Origin: a virus
Lineage: Duplodnaviria; Caudoviricetes
Virus record (IMG/VR): IMGVR_UViG_3300037501_000104
Location: 1-34,384 of that record
Direction: 5' to 3' (one strand)
DNA length: 34,384 bases
The notes beneath the pieces are model-generated. The model had not been told where the DNA came from. It saw only the letters and a program-made list of their open reading frames with translations, and made no database searches. Each line of letters opens with the position of its first letter. Position 1 is the first letter of the stretch. Position numbers and translations under genes: made by a program. This document shows, piece after piece, positions 17,974-28,200 of the stretch.

Positions 17974-18867
17974 ATGATTATTTCCCGTCATAATTTAAAC
18001 ACGCTTTTCACGGGATACAAAGCTGTTTTCACGGAGGCCTTTAATTCCACCGTAACGGATTATGAAGCGATCACCATGACCGTCAACTCTACAACGGCGC
18101 AGGAATCCTACGCATGGTTAGGCACCAATACCCGTTTCCGGGAATGGCTAGGTGATCGTGTACTGCAAAACATCGCAAGCTACGGATATACAATCAGAAA
18201 TCGCAGATTTGAAAATACCATTGGAATCGACCTTGATAGTATAGAAGATGACACATTTGGGCTATACAAGCCGATTGTTGCGCAACTTGGGCAGGACGCA
18301 AAACGCCACCCGGACGAGCTTGTATTCTCCCTGCTTAAGGATGGGGAGACGGCCTTGTGTTATGACGGGAAGCCGTTTTTCGCCACCAACCACCCAGTTA
18401 TCGGAGACGATGGGAAAACAAAGAACGTCTCTAACCTAAAAGCAGGCACCGATCCCGCCTGGTACTTAATTGATTCTAGTCGCATGGTGAAGCCAATCAT
18501 TTTTCAGAAGCGCAAGGACTATGAGTTTGTCAAAATGGATTCTACTGATGATGAGCTGAAATTTACCACGCGCCATATCCGCTATGGGATTGATTGCCGG
18601 GTCAATGTCGGTTTTGGATTGTGGCAACTTGCCTATTGCGCCAAGGTGCCACTCACTGCGGATAACTTTTCCGATGTACGCAGGGCAATGGTCGAAATGC
18701 GTGCTGAGAATGGCAAGCCGTTGGGACTTAAGCCGGATTTGTTGCTTGTGCCGCCATCTCTTGAATTTACAGCACAAAAATTATTAGCAGCAGAAATGAC
18801 AACCGGTGGAGAGACCAATATCATGCGCAACATGGCCAAAGTTCTCACCTCGGTATGGTTAACTTAG
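17974..18867 (+). CDS. Major capsid protein, Mu gpT family
   Basis: YAWLG....REWLGDR, N..FE.TI....IEDD..G.Y, CYDG.PFF..NHPV, KPIIFQKR, GFGLWQLAY, L.VPP.LE. Confidence 0.95.
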   Translation: MIISRHNLNTLFTGYKAVFTEAFNSTVTDYEAITMTVNSTTAQESYAWLGTNTRFREWLGDRVLQNIASYGYTIRNRRFENTIGIDLDSIEDDTFGLYKPIVAQLGQDAKRHPDELVFSLLKDGETALCYDGKPFFATNHPVIGDDGKTKNVSNLKAGTDPAWYLIDSSRMVKPIIFQKRKDYEFVKMDSTDDELKFTTRHIRYGIDCRVNVGFGLWQLAYCAKVPLTADNFSDVRRAMVEMRAENGKPLGLKPDLLLVPPSLEFTAQKLLAAEMTTGGETNIMRNMAKVLTSVWLT

Positions 18868-19250
18868 AACGGCGCAAAGGTGACGGAACTGCCACTGTCG
18901 CTTACAGCAAATCCTGTGATCAACACGAAGGATTAATGGCAGAAATAGTCAGGGTCTCGCAGTCTGTTGTTTATATTAGGGATGAGATTAAGCGAATTAA
19001 TGATGAAGTGGAAGCTCATGAGGTGAAGTCGAATGAATTGTTTTATTACACGGATGAAAGGCTTGACAAAATCCGCGAGGAGATGATCAGTGCAACCAAG
19101 CGAATTGAGGCGGATTGTAGCCAGATCCAAAAGGATTTTCACCAAGCTCTGAACTTCGTTAAGGGTGCATCCTGGTTGGTTGGGGTTGTTTGTGCCATAG
19201 CTGTATTGTTGTTTTCTGATGTTTTAAGTTTGGTTAGGGCGCTACATTGA
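18855..19250 (+). CDS. Coiled-coil protein with C-terminal transmembrane helix
   Basis: Charged helical body followed by hydrophobic GASWLVGVVCAIAVLLF; coupled to both neighbours. Confidence 0.6.
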   Translation: MVNLERRKGDGTATVAYSKSCDQHEGLMAEIVRVSQSVVYIRDEIKRINDEVEAHEVKSNELFYYTDERLDKIREEMISATKRIEADCSQIQKDFHQALNFVKGASWLVGVVCAIAVLLFSDVLSLVRALH

Positions 19251-19645
19251 GAATACAGATAACCGGAAATGCCATTCCCAATTCTCACGAGTTTGCAAGG
19301 CGGCTTGCCGATCTCTCTCCTGCGATGCAAGCAATCGGGGAGTCCCTTATAAACAGCACCGCTGAGCGTTTCGTATCTCAGACCGATCCCGAAGGGAATG
19401 CCTGGCAGGCACTCACAGAGTCATACAAAGCACGCAAGCGATATAATAAAGACAAAATTCTGACATTGACGGGGATGCTTTCACGTTCGTTTCATATTGC
19501 AGACGTAAGGGCCACCGGGGTTACAGTTGCAAGTGATCGTGATTATGCCCCGTATTTACAGCCTGCACGCCCGTTCATGGGGTTTTCAGGAGACGATAAA
19601 AACGAAATCCGGGAAACAATCTTGGATTATTTACTTGATAGATAG
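19247..19645 (+). CDS. Virion morphogenesis protein, Mu gpG/tail completion S family
   Basis: DLSPAM..IG..L..ST..RF..QTDP.G..W..L, IL..TG.L..S, PARPFMGFS. Confidence 0.9.
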   Translation: MRIQITGNAIPNSHEFARRLADLSPAMQAIGESLINSTAERFVSQTDPEGNAWQALTESYKARKRYNKDKILTLTGMLSRSFHIADVRATGVTVASDRDYAPYLQPARPFMGFSGDDKNEIRETILDYLLDR

Positions 19646-19654
19646 GAGTTTTTT

Positions 19655-20386
19655 ATGGAATCGACAACATTTGATTTTTCTGGGCAAGGCAAGGTTTATG
19701 AAGTACTGCCAGATTTTACGACTCGGTTTTTTCATAACGTGGAAAAGCTCTCGCTGACATTCAAAACGTCTTTTATTGATCGCAAGGAATCTATGAGCGG
19801 GCAACGGTTAACCGCCATAAAACTCTTGAAAGAAAAGTCGGTGGAGCTTGCCATGACCTTAAGCGAGTGGACGCTTGAAAACGTTGCGCTAGGCGTGCAG
19901 GGGGAAGTTTCTACCATGGCAGGGGCATCCGTTACGGGCTACGGGCTTGGGACTGCCACCGTTGGCAAGCGGTATGTTTTGCCGCACCAGAAACTGTCAG
20001 CTGTGACTGTGAAGGATTTTTCTGACACGATAATCGACGCTACTGATTATTCTCTTGACACAACTTTTGGCGCGATCACGTTTAATGACCTCACTGGGTA
20101 CACGGGGCCGTTCAATATTTCCTATACTTATGGCACCACGGACGGGATTGGCTTTTTTACGCAGTCGCTATCGGATCGTGTGCTAAGGTTTGAAGGCTTG
20201 AACACCGCGCAAGGCAACAAGCCGGTATTACTCACTCTCTATCGGGTGCAATTGAACCCGCCCAAGGGACTTGAATTGATTAGTGAAAAGCTGGAATCGC
20301 TAGACATGACAGGAGAGGTGATGGTAGATATGGCCAGACCAGAAGACGCAACCCTGGGTCGATTTGGCTCCATTGTTTTTCTCTAA
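19655..20386 (+). CDS. Major tail tube protein (non-contractile tail)
   Basis: AGGAG RBS; FSGQGKVY, KES.SGQR, ENVAL, LRFEGLNTA..NKPV...LYRV...P pattern of proteobacterial siphovirus tubes; no sheath gene seen. Confidence 0.8.
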   Translation: MESTTFDFSGQGKVYEVLPDFTTRFFHNVEKLSLTFKTSFIDRKESMSGQRLTAIKLLKEKSVELAMTLSEWTLENVALGVQGEVSTMAGASVTGYGLGTATVGKRYVLPHQKLSAVTVKDFSDTIIDATDYSLDTTFGAITFNDLTGYTGPFNISYTYGTTDGIGFFTQSLSDRVLRFEGLNTAQGNKPVLLTLYRVQLNPPKGLELISEKLESLDMTGEVMVDMARPEDATLGRFGSIVFL

Positions 20387-20392
20387 TCGCTC

Positions 20393-20908
20393 TTGAAGCA
20401 CAAGCCGCTTGTATTACTTCCAAATGGCATAATTTCCGAATTACCCTCCGGGGATGAATTAGATATCCCCGCCGGGGTGACCTTCGGAGAAAGCCTCCTT
20501 TTCCCCTATTGCACCATAGATCAAATCAAGACAAGCACGCCAATCGACGAATTGGCACAAATGCTTATTGGCCGGTGTGGTTTTGGCGTCGATACGCAGG
20601 AGGGGATAGCAACCATATACCGCGCTATTTTCGACGGCGCAGGCATAATTAATTCCTATATTTCAAAAGCCTACACGCTACCGCTACAAAACACCCCGCT
20701 TGTACTAACGTCAATTAACATCGACACTGCCCTATATCGCCTGTTAAATGTCCAAAACGAAGCCCGGGAAAAGCGCTATTCAGAAGCGATAGCTCACCTT
20801 GAAAAACTGGCAACAGGTAAATTATCCCTAGAGCCAGTAACACAAGCCGTTTCACCACCACCAAAACCGCAATCCGTATTTTTTGAATTTACTCCGAGAG
20901 TTAATTAA
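20393..20908 (+). CDS. Head-tail adaptor, Mu gp36/DUF1320-like, with N-terminal extension
   Basis: YCT..., I.SYI...YTLPL..TP.VL....D.ALYRL, RY.EAI..LE.LA.GKLSL; start uncertain (TTG with no clear RBS). Confidence 0.8.
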   Translation: MKHKPLVLLPNGIISELPSGDELDIPAGVTFGESLLFPYCTIDQIKTSTPIDELAQMLIGRCGFGVDTQEGIATIYRAIFDGAGIINSYISKAYTLPLQNTPLVLTSINIDTALYRLLNVQNEAREKRYSEAIAHLEKLATGKLSLEPVTQAVSPPPKPQSVFFEFTPRVN

Positions 20909-20910
20909 AA

Positions 20911-23900
20911 ATGGCACAAGATAATAGGCTGAGGATTGAAATTACTGCCAATACGAGTGAGGCAGTTTCAAATTTAGATGACCTAAACAACGGGATTGCA
21001 GAAAATATCAATCAGCTAGAGTTATTAGGGGATGAAGCGCGGGATAGTGAGACAGATTTTGACCGCCTAAAAAAGCAGTTAGATGAAACGGAGTCAGTAG
21101 TACGTATTAATCTTTTGGCGCAGAAAGATACTGCAGAAGCCATACAGAAAACAAGAGAAAATACTGAAAAGTTAGATAAAACATTAAAAAACAACAAGCA
21201 ACAAACAGAAGAAAATACTGGGGCTGTAAATGGATTAAAGGGATCATTTGATGGAATTGGCGATGTTGTTTTTGCACCGATAGCCGCTGCCTTTGCGTCG
21301 TTTACAGCGGTCATTGCTGATGGTGTCCAAAAATTTAGAGAGTTTGAATTGGAAATGGCAAAGATTCAAGCCGTTTCTCATTCATCAAAAGAGGATATGG
21401 CGGCCCTCGCAAAAACCGCCGAACATCTAGGTGCAACAACTCAATTTTCCGCAAAAGAAGCTGCGGAAGGAATGAAAGAGCTTGCAAGCGCCGGGTTTAC
21501 AACGAAAGAAGTCATGGAGGGAATCCCAGGCGTGCTGAATCTGGCGGCGGCGGGGGGACAAACGCTAGAAGAGGCCGCGCTATCTACGGTATCAGCAATT
21601 GGGCAATTCAACCTCTCGGCAAAGGACGCGGCCGATATTGCCGATACCTTCGTTTCTGCGGCAAACGCCGGGGCACTATCGACGGCGGAACTCAGCGAAT
21701 CACTAAAGGTCGTCGGGCCAGTTGCATCATCTTTGGGGCTGTCATTAGATGATACCGCGAAATATATCGCCATATTAAGCGATGCCGGGATCAAAGGGAG
21801 TGAGGCCGGTACTGCCTTGCGCGGCGCGCTTGCCGCGCTTGCCAACCCGTCTGCCGATGCAATCAAGGAGCTTGACAGACTGGGCGTTTCTGTCACAAAC
21901 GCAAACGGGAAAATGCTACCCTTCCAAACAATACTAGACGGCCTGAAAGATAAGGGAATGACCGCAGCGCAATCGTTTAATATCTTTGGAACAGAAGCAA
22001 CGCCTGCCGTTCTCGCTTTTACAAACACAGCCAAGGAGCGCTTTATTGAGGTAACAAAAGCCGTTACAGAAAACGAGGAGGAGTCAAAAAAAGCGGCTGC
22101 AACAATATCGAACACGCTAGACGGATCAATAAAAACGCTTGCTTCATCCTACGACGCGCTGGCCATGTCAATGGGGAGGGCATTCTCAGAAGAACTTCGC
22201 GGAACATCAAAGGAGTGGGTAGCCGCAATGGATCATACAAAAAGCAGTCTGGAGTCACTGTCAGGCGCTTTCGGTTCCGTCGTGGGGAGTATTTCAAGCG
22301 TTACGGCAAACATCATCGGAATGATTGGCGAAGGCTGGGGAATAGCCTCAGCCGCCATGACAGATTGGCTAGAAAAAATATCTCTTGTCTCTGAAGCTGA
22401 AAAAGAACTAACTCGACAACGCGCCGCCTACGCTATAGAGCAACAAAAAGCCGCTGACGCAAACCAAGCCTATGAGAAAAAACTCGCTAATCTTATAGCG
22501 CTAAAGGAAAGTTTTTTTACTGTACAAAAGAAAGTTACTGACCAAACCGAGTCACTAACAAGAGAACTTTCCGGGCTTGACAACAGAACCGCCTCAATGA
22601 TTAACAAGCTAAAGGATTCTGTGAATATTTCCACTGATTTGGATGCAATTTTCAACCGATTTAAAGAGATAAGTCTATTCGACGGAACAGAAAAAAGCAC
22701 GGATAGGCTTCTCTCTGGACTAAAGCAATTAGGCGACGCCGCCAATGTAACGGGAGACCAAATTAAAACACGCATCGCAGATGCTATCAAGAATATGGAT
22801 CCGGAGGGACTACAAAGGCTTCAGAATGCGGTGGAAAAAACAGGATGGGATTTTCTTGAGCTAGGTGAAAGCTCGACCGTTGTTTTGGAAGAAATCCTAA
22901 AAAAGGGCATTACAGACATTGGCTTAAACTTTGAAGAGGTTACTAACAAAGTTAGGGATGATGAAAAGAAATTAATTGGCAGTTTTGAACTGATAGGGGA
23001 AAGTGCCCTTTCTACGGGGCCAATGATAAGGGCGGCCTTTACTGAGGTGTTAGAAAAGATAGACACGAAGGCGGCGCTAGGCCAATTTGAATCGCTGTTC
23101 AAAGAAATAGCGGCAAAAGGAAAACTATCAACTTCCGAGGTAGCAGTCCTGTATGAAAAACTAAGTGAAAAGATAGCGTCTAGCGCCGATTCAGTATCAG
23201 CTGACATTAAGGCCGCGTTTAACAGAATGGGTGTTGAATCAAAACAAGCATTGGACGGCGCCGCCGCGCAAGCCGAAAAAGACTTTGAAACAATCAAGAA
23301 CTCTGGCCTGGCAACAAACGACGCGCTAGTTCAGGCAGCCGATAAATACCGCGCCGCCGCAGAGGCAACCGGGGACGCACAGGTGATTGCGCAGGCAAAT
23401 AGCAAAACAGCTCTCTATCAAACAAAGGACGCGTTGACAGAGGTCACCACCAAAACAGAAGAGGCATCTACTGCCGCGAAAGAATTAAACGAAATTTTTA
23501 ACGCGGCAATGAATACAATCGACAGTGCACAAACGGTTTCGCAAATTGAATCAGTCATCAGGAAATTGGGAGACCTAGAACGGGCAGGAAAACTTACGCC
23601 AGAAGAAATTGGCAAGGCATTCGAGGCCGCAAACGCAAAGCTAGAAGTTCTAAAGAACACAATAGAGGAATTTACAAGCCCCGTCCTGGCATTAAGGAAT
23701 GAACTTGGAAACTTATCGGAGGCCGCAGGAAACGCCTTTGCTAAAATAGGATATGGCGAGATTAAGAAAGTCTCAGAAGGCATAGATGCCCTTGCGGATA
23801 GCGCGACGGAGGTGGATAGGGAGTTTAAAAAGTTATCCGGGAATTTCGACAATGGCACATTTTTAGGCTATTTCGCAGCGCTAGAAAAAACCGCCGCTGA

Positions 23901-24870
23901 TATAAAAAGACAATTTTACGACCAGGCATTGGCCGCAGAAGAGTTATCAGAGAAACTTGCCGGAATGAATAACGCAAGCCTAGTGGTCATCAATAGTGCG
24001 AAGCGGGCGGCTGACGGATACCATCTATTAGATCAACAAAGCCTTGACGGGATACGCAGCCAGGTCGATAGGCTCCGACAGGCTAACGAAGCGTTAGATC
24101 AATCGGTACAATCGACACTTGCTAATCTCGAAAACGAACTAGACCAATTGCTTGGCAATCAACGGGCGATTGAGGAGCGTAATTATCAGGAGCGCCTAAA
24201 GTCACTGGATGAATTCTACAAGCAAGCCAAGGAGGCTCAGAACGCGGACGCTCTAGCTGCCATAGAAAAAGCTAAGGAAACAGCGAAAAAGATTCACGAA
24301 ATTACATTGAAACAAATAAATGAAAAAGAAATTGATTCTGATTTCAAAACAATAGAGGTTAAAAAACAAGAGAATAGCAAAACTGAGCCTATAGAGGTTA
24401 AAAAACAAGAGAATAGCAAAACTGAGCCTATAGAGGTTAAAAAACAAGAGAATAGCAAAACTGAGCCTGATGCCGACACTAAAAACAATCCATTAACTAT
24501 CTATCGACCACCGGAGCACGAAATCACGGACAAAGCACAATCCGTAGCCGCACACAGATTTTATGAAAAACCGTCAGAAGATATTAGAGCCGCTCTCCCC
24601 AGCGTTAAACCATTGCCTGTGCCTGGATGGCAAGCAGCGGAATCAGCATCGACAACAATGAGAAAAGTACAACCGGAGCCAACCCAATATCCGCCAACAT
24701 ACGGGCCGCAAAGTTACGGAGATACGGGCGACATTCGACAAGCAAGTGAGGCGCTAAGGGAATTTTCACGCACGCTTTCAGGAATTGTACGGGAGATTGC
24801 AGATGCTTTACAAAACAGCGGTTTTGATTCCATGACCAAGATAGAGATTGCCAAGTTGAGGTCGCTGTGA
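20911..24870 (+). CDS. Tail tape measure protein
   Basis: 1319-aa alanine-rich helical protein with TP901-type core (LGATTQFSA.EAA.GM..LA.AGF, G.LNLAAAG, GIKGSEAGTALR). Confidence 0.93.
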   Translation: MAQDNRLRIEITANTSEAVSNLDDLNNGIAENINQLELLGDEARDSETDFDRLKKQLDETESVVRINLLAQKDTAEAIQKTRENTEKLDKTLKNNKQQTEENTGAVNGLKGSFDGIGDVVFAPIAAAFASFTAVIADGVQKFREFELEMAKIQAVSHSSKEDMAALAKTAEHLGATTQFSAKEAAEGMKELASAGFTTKEVMEGIPGVLNLAAAGGQTLEEAALSTVSAIGQFNLSAKDAADIADTFVSAANAGALSTAELSESLKVVGPVASSLGLSLDDTAKYIAILSDAGIKGSEAGTALRGALAALANPSADAIKELDRLGVSVTNANGKMLPFQTILDGLKDKGMTAAQSFNIFGTEATPAVLAFTNTAKERFIEVTKAVTENEEESKKAAATISNTLDGSIKTLASSYDALAMSMGRAFSEELRGTSKEWVAAMDHTKSSLESLSGAFGSVVGSISSVTANIIGMIGEGWGIASAAMTDWLEKISLVSEAEKELTRQRAAYAIEQQKAADANQAYEKKLANLIALKESFFTVQKKVTDQTESLTRELSGLDNRTASMINKLKDSVNISTDLDAIFNRFKEISLFDGTEKSTDRLLSGLKQLGDAANVTGDQIKTRIADAIKNMDPEGLQRLQNAVEKTGWDFLELGESSTVVLEEILKKGITDIGLNFEEVTNKVRDDEKKLIGSFELIGESALSTGPMIRAAFTEVLEKIDTKAALGQFESLFKEIAAKGKLSTSEVAVLYEKLSEKIASSADSVSADIKAAFNRMGVESKQALDGAAAQAEKDFETIKNSGLATNDALVQAADKYRAAAEATGDAQVIAQANSKTALYQTKDALTEVTTKTEEASTAAKELNEIFNAAMNTIDSAQTVSQIESVIRKLGDLERAGKLTPEEIGKAFEAANAKLEVLKNTIEEFTSPVLALRNELGNLSEAAGNAFAKIGYGEIKKVSEGIDALADSATEVDREFKKLSGNFDNGTFLGYFAALEKTAADIKRQFYDQALAAEELSEKLAGMNNASLVVINSAKRAADGYHLLDQQSLDGIRSQVDRLRQANEALDQSVQSTLANLENELDQLLGNQRAIEERNYQERLKSLDEFYKQAKEAQNADALAAIEKAKETAKKIHEITLKQINEKEIDSDFKTIEVKKQENSKTEPIEVKKQENSKTEPIEVKKQENSKTEPDADTKNNPLTIYRPPEHEITDKAQSVAAHRFYEKPSEDIRAALPSVKPLPVPGWQAAESASTTMRKVQPEPTQYPPTYGPQSYGDTGDIRQASEALREFSRTLSGIVREIADALQNSGFDSMTKIEIAKLRSL
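24352..24468 (+). repeat. Three exact in-frame 39-bp tandem repeats in the tape measure gene
   Basis: ATAGAGGTTAAAAAACAAGAGAATAGCAAAACTGAGCCT x3, encoding IEVKKQENSKTEP x3. Confidence 0.97.
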
Positions 24871-25244
24871 TCCTAGCCAATCAGACCACAACCGTAGAAT
24901 TGCCAGCCGGGGTGGAGCACACAGATAGGCTTGGCTGGACACCATTTACACAATCAGTTTCACAGACAATTTCCGGGGCCGTGGTCATTGAAAGAGCAAA
25001 ACAGCAGGCAGGACGCCATATTACGCTAGCATCAGAAGACGAAGGCGGGTGGATAACAACGCAGCAGGCAGAGGCATTGCAAGAGATGTTAATTGCCGGG
25101 GAGCCAATGACTCTTTCAATACCTCCGAACGACCCGTTGCCAGTAACTTTTAGATACAACGATAATACTCCTATACAGTTTAAAAGACTTTATCCGGGGG
25201 CGCCGTATTACACAGTAACCATCAAACTCATGGAATTAAGCTAA
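24867..25244 (+). CDS. Distal tail protein
   Basis: Directly after the tape measure gene; W.P..QS....SGA.VI.....AGR.ITL pattern. Confidence 0.7.
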   Translation: MILANQTTTVELPAGVEHTDRLGWTPFTQSVSQTISGAVVIERAKQQAGRHITLASEDEGGWITTQQAEALQEMLIAGEPMTLSIPPNDPLPVTFRYNDNTPIQFKRLYPGAPYYTVTIKLMELS

Positions 25245-25245
25245 A

Positions 25246-28200
25246 ATGCCGCTTTTACAAGAAAACATTAAGCTCTATAAATCGCAACTACTGACAGACG
25301 ACGACTTTGCTGGCGGGAGGATGACGCAGAACGAAATTCTACCGGGCGCGGTAAACAATCTTTTTCCCGATATTAGCAGGCTGGACAGAACAACGGGAAG
25401 GATTAATCTCAGAAAAATCTATTGTGCAAACACTGCGACGGACAATAGCCCCTATTTTGGCAGTCACCTAGTCATCAAAAAAGCCCCCAGCGATCCCAAT
25501 GTTGGGGTGCTCCTTTTTGACACGAAAAGCACAACTGATACCCGTATAGATGCGAAAAACTTCGTGCAATCTCATCTGTTAAAAGGCCAGGAGTTACCGT
25601 ATCTCATATTTCAAAAACAACTCGCAGGAAGTAAACAGATTGTTACTGTGGTAGAAGGTTATGCGGCATTTCAGAGCCTTGTTGAAGGAGTGGGAATAGT
25701 CACAAAATCAATCAGCGGAGCGGAATTTACAGGGCTTTCACCATTTGAAAAATATCGTTGCACATTTTCAGCGGTTTCAAAAATTACGCCAGGAGAAGTG
25801 CTCTGCATTACGCAGGAGGCAGCAGGAAAAACGCCTTTTGACTTATATGTAAGAGTAGCAAAGGTAGAAATTGACAAGCGCGGATTCATTGAGGTTCAAG
25901 TTGGAACGCTACAGACACCGGTCACAGCGTACCGACTAATTGCCTATCTAACGCTGGATAAAGAACTGCCTTTTGATATTGAGGGTGGTGAGGTAGAGAG
26001 CGCGTCATCATTCATTTCGTCGAAAAGTACCAAGCTAAGACGTGCTATCCCGGATGCAACAAAGCGGTTTTATTCTATCGCAAGCGTTGGGAATTTACAG
26101 CAGGGGGCAATATCGCTAACCTGCGATAGGTATTCAAATATTGCGCCGTTTTCGTATGTTGAAAGAGCACTTGATAGGGATGAACTAGCAGAATGGCGCA
26201 GCGCAACGATTGAATACCCCTCCCCGCAGCCGGTGACAAGCACGACGGCTTCTGATGTTTACAGCGGTGTAGCCTATAGTGCAACCGGAGACCTTAATTA
26301 TCCAAGACTAACCTGCTACAAATTGGGTTTTTCCGTTTTCCCAGGGTCTTTAACCTGGACACAAAACGGCGTCATGTTTAAAGACAACGGCGCAGGAGCA
26401 CTTAATAAAATAAGTGGCACCGACTCAGTAAGGCGTGAATTGTCGATAGATTATGAAAAAGGAGAAATATGGGCGCGACACAATGGATCCTATTGGGCTT
26501 ACTATCTTGGCACGGCAAACATTAGCTTTTTCAGGGTAGGGGCTGCGCAAACTGATTATTTGCAGAAAAAAAGCCTTGCAACAGAATCCGAAACGCCGAC
26601 CATTGGGCCAGTTTATAAGGGATCGATGGTAATCACGTGGATTGCCGACGATGAAGTAAAAACGCTCACGGATACAAGCGCGGGAACTCTCTCAGGCGCA
26701 GGTAGCGGCACAATTGACTACGAAACGGGAGCAATTAGGGTATCTCCCGAAACAAGAACAGCAGGGCGCATTTATACCTACCATTGGATGGTTCAAGACC
26801 CGCTATTTATCACCTCAACGCGGACAAACGCCACAATCCCGGCAACGGGAGCAATGAATCATAGGCTAGAACAGACCTTTATTGTTGCCACAACGGTACC
26901 AATTAACGCAATTATCACACGACTGCCCGCAAGCGGGGGGGCGGAGACGCTTTTCAATCAGGTATTAACCCCCGCCAATTTTTCAGACGGACAAGAACAT
27001 ATCTACACAATCACAAAAAAGGGGGACATGCCGACAGACGGGAAACTGGTCATCACTAATGTTTTGGAAGGCTACACCAATGGCATTCCAAGATACAAAA
27101 TCAAGCTAGTCATCACGTTTGATGGCACCCCCGTATCGACAAGAGAGGCGATCATATCCATTTCTGCTGGAACTCTAACAGAAACAAAAAGACTATACAG
27201 CTACACAACGCCCTTCCAAGTGAATAATACAGCGTCGCCAATCATGCCGGGGTCGTTTTACGCGGGGACAGACGTTGCGGCAAATGGCTTCTTATTTGAC
27301 AAAGACGGGGATATTTTTACTATTCAAGACGTAGGTAATAATGCCCACTTGCCAGTGAAAATAGGCACCATCGACTACACGGTAGGGATGGTAACCATTG
27401 ACGCATTGAATACACAGCCATTTCTTGAGCTAAGGATTAAAAGCCTTACAAGGAATGATAGCACGACACCTGCGCCGTATATCCTGCCAGAGTACCACAA
27501 GCTCATAAATGCAGAAACATTTTCAGTAAATGACGCCGAAGGAAAAGCAGTTTTTTCTGTATTGTCAAATGGCGTTACGATAGACGCCGATTTTTCAGGT
27601 AGTCATTTTAACCAGAACACGAGCCTGTTGACACTGACAGGGCCGGGGGGCACACCACCGATTGACGGATTTACGGTCAGTAAAGTGGAAAAAATCCCCA
27701 CAGAGCAGAATGAAGAATACACGGGAATCAGTACCTTAAGACTTCCAAAAAGCGGGAAGGTGGAAACTATTAAAAAGGGCGATGTGGTAGTTATACGGGA
27801 CGAGGCTGGGGACGAAATAAACTACATTGCAGATACACCAGACGACACATCCTTGATTCTATCGCAACCACTAGAACGAGACTACACGAACGCAACCATA
27901 GCCGCCGCCGTTGTTTTTGGTGACCTGTATGCTAAAACGTCTGTTTTTTTCGACCAACAAAACCTGAATCTTAGCGCCCAATTTAAAGACTTAGTTGAGG
28001 GTTCCGGCGCATCGGCATCCTACAATATCGCATCATATCCTATTGTTCTAACCAATAAAAATGCAATCACAGAAAGATGGGCGCTGTATTTTACTGGGGC
28101 AACAACCTTTAATATCATAGGTGAATCTGTGGGGACAATTGCGTCAAATCAAAGCATAACAGTCGATTGCGCCCCGCTGAACCCAGCAACGGGGGAGCCG

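Noticed and set aside
24352-24468. CRISPR array
   Set aside because: Repeats abut with no spacers, are in frame within a gene, and no cas genes are present
21012-24488. Long minus-strand ORFs within the tape measure gene, and similar shadows elsewhere
   Set aside because: Antisense shadows of biased codon usage with no RBS or motifs
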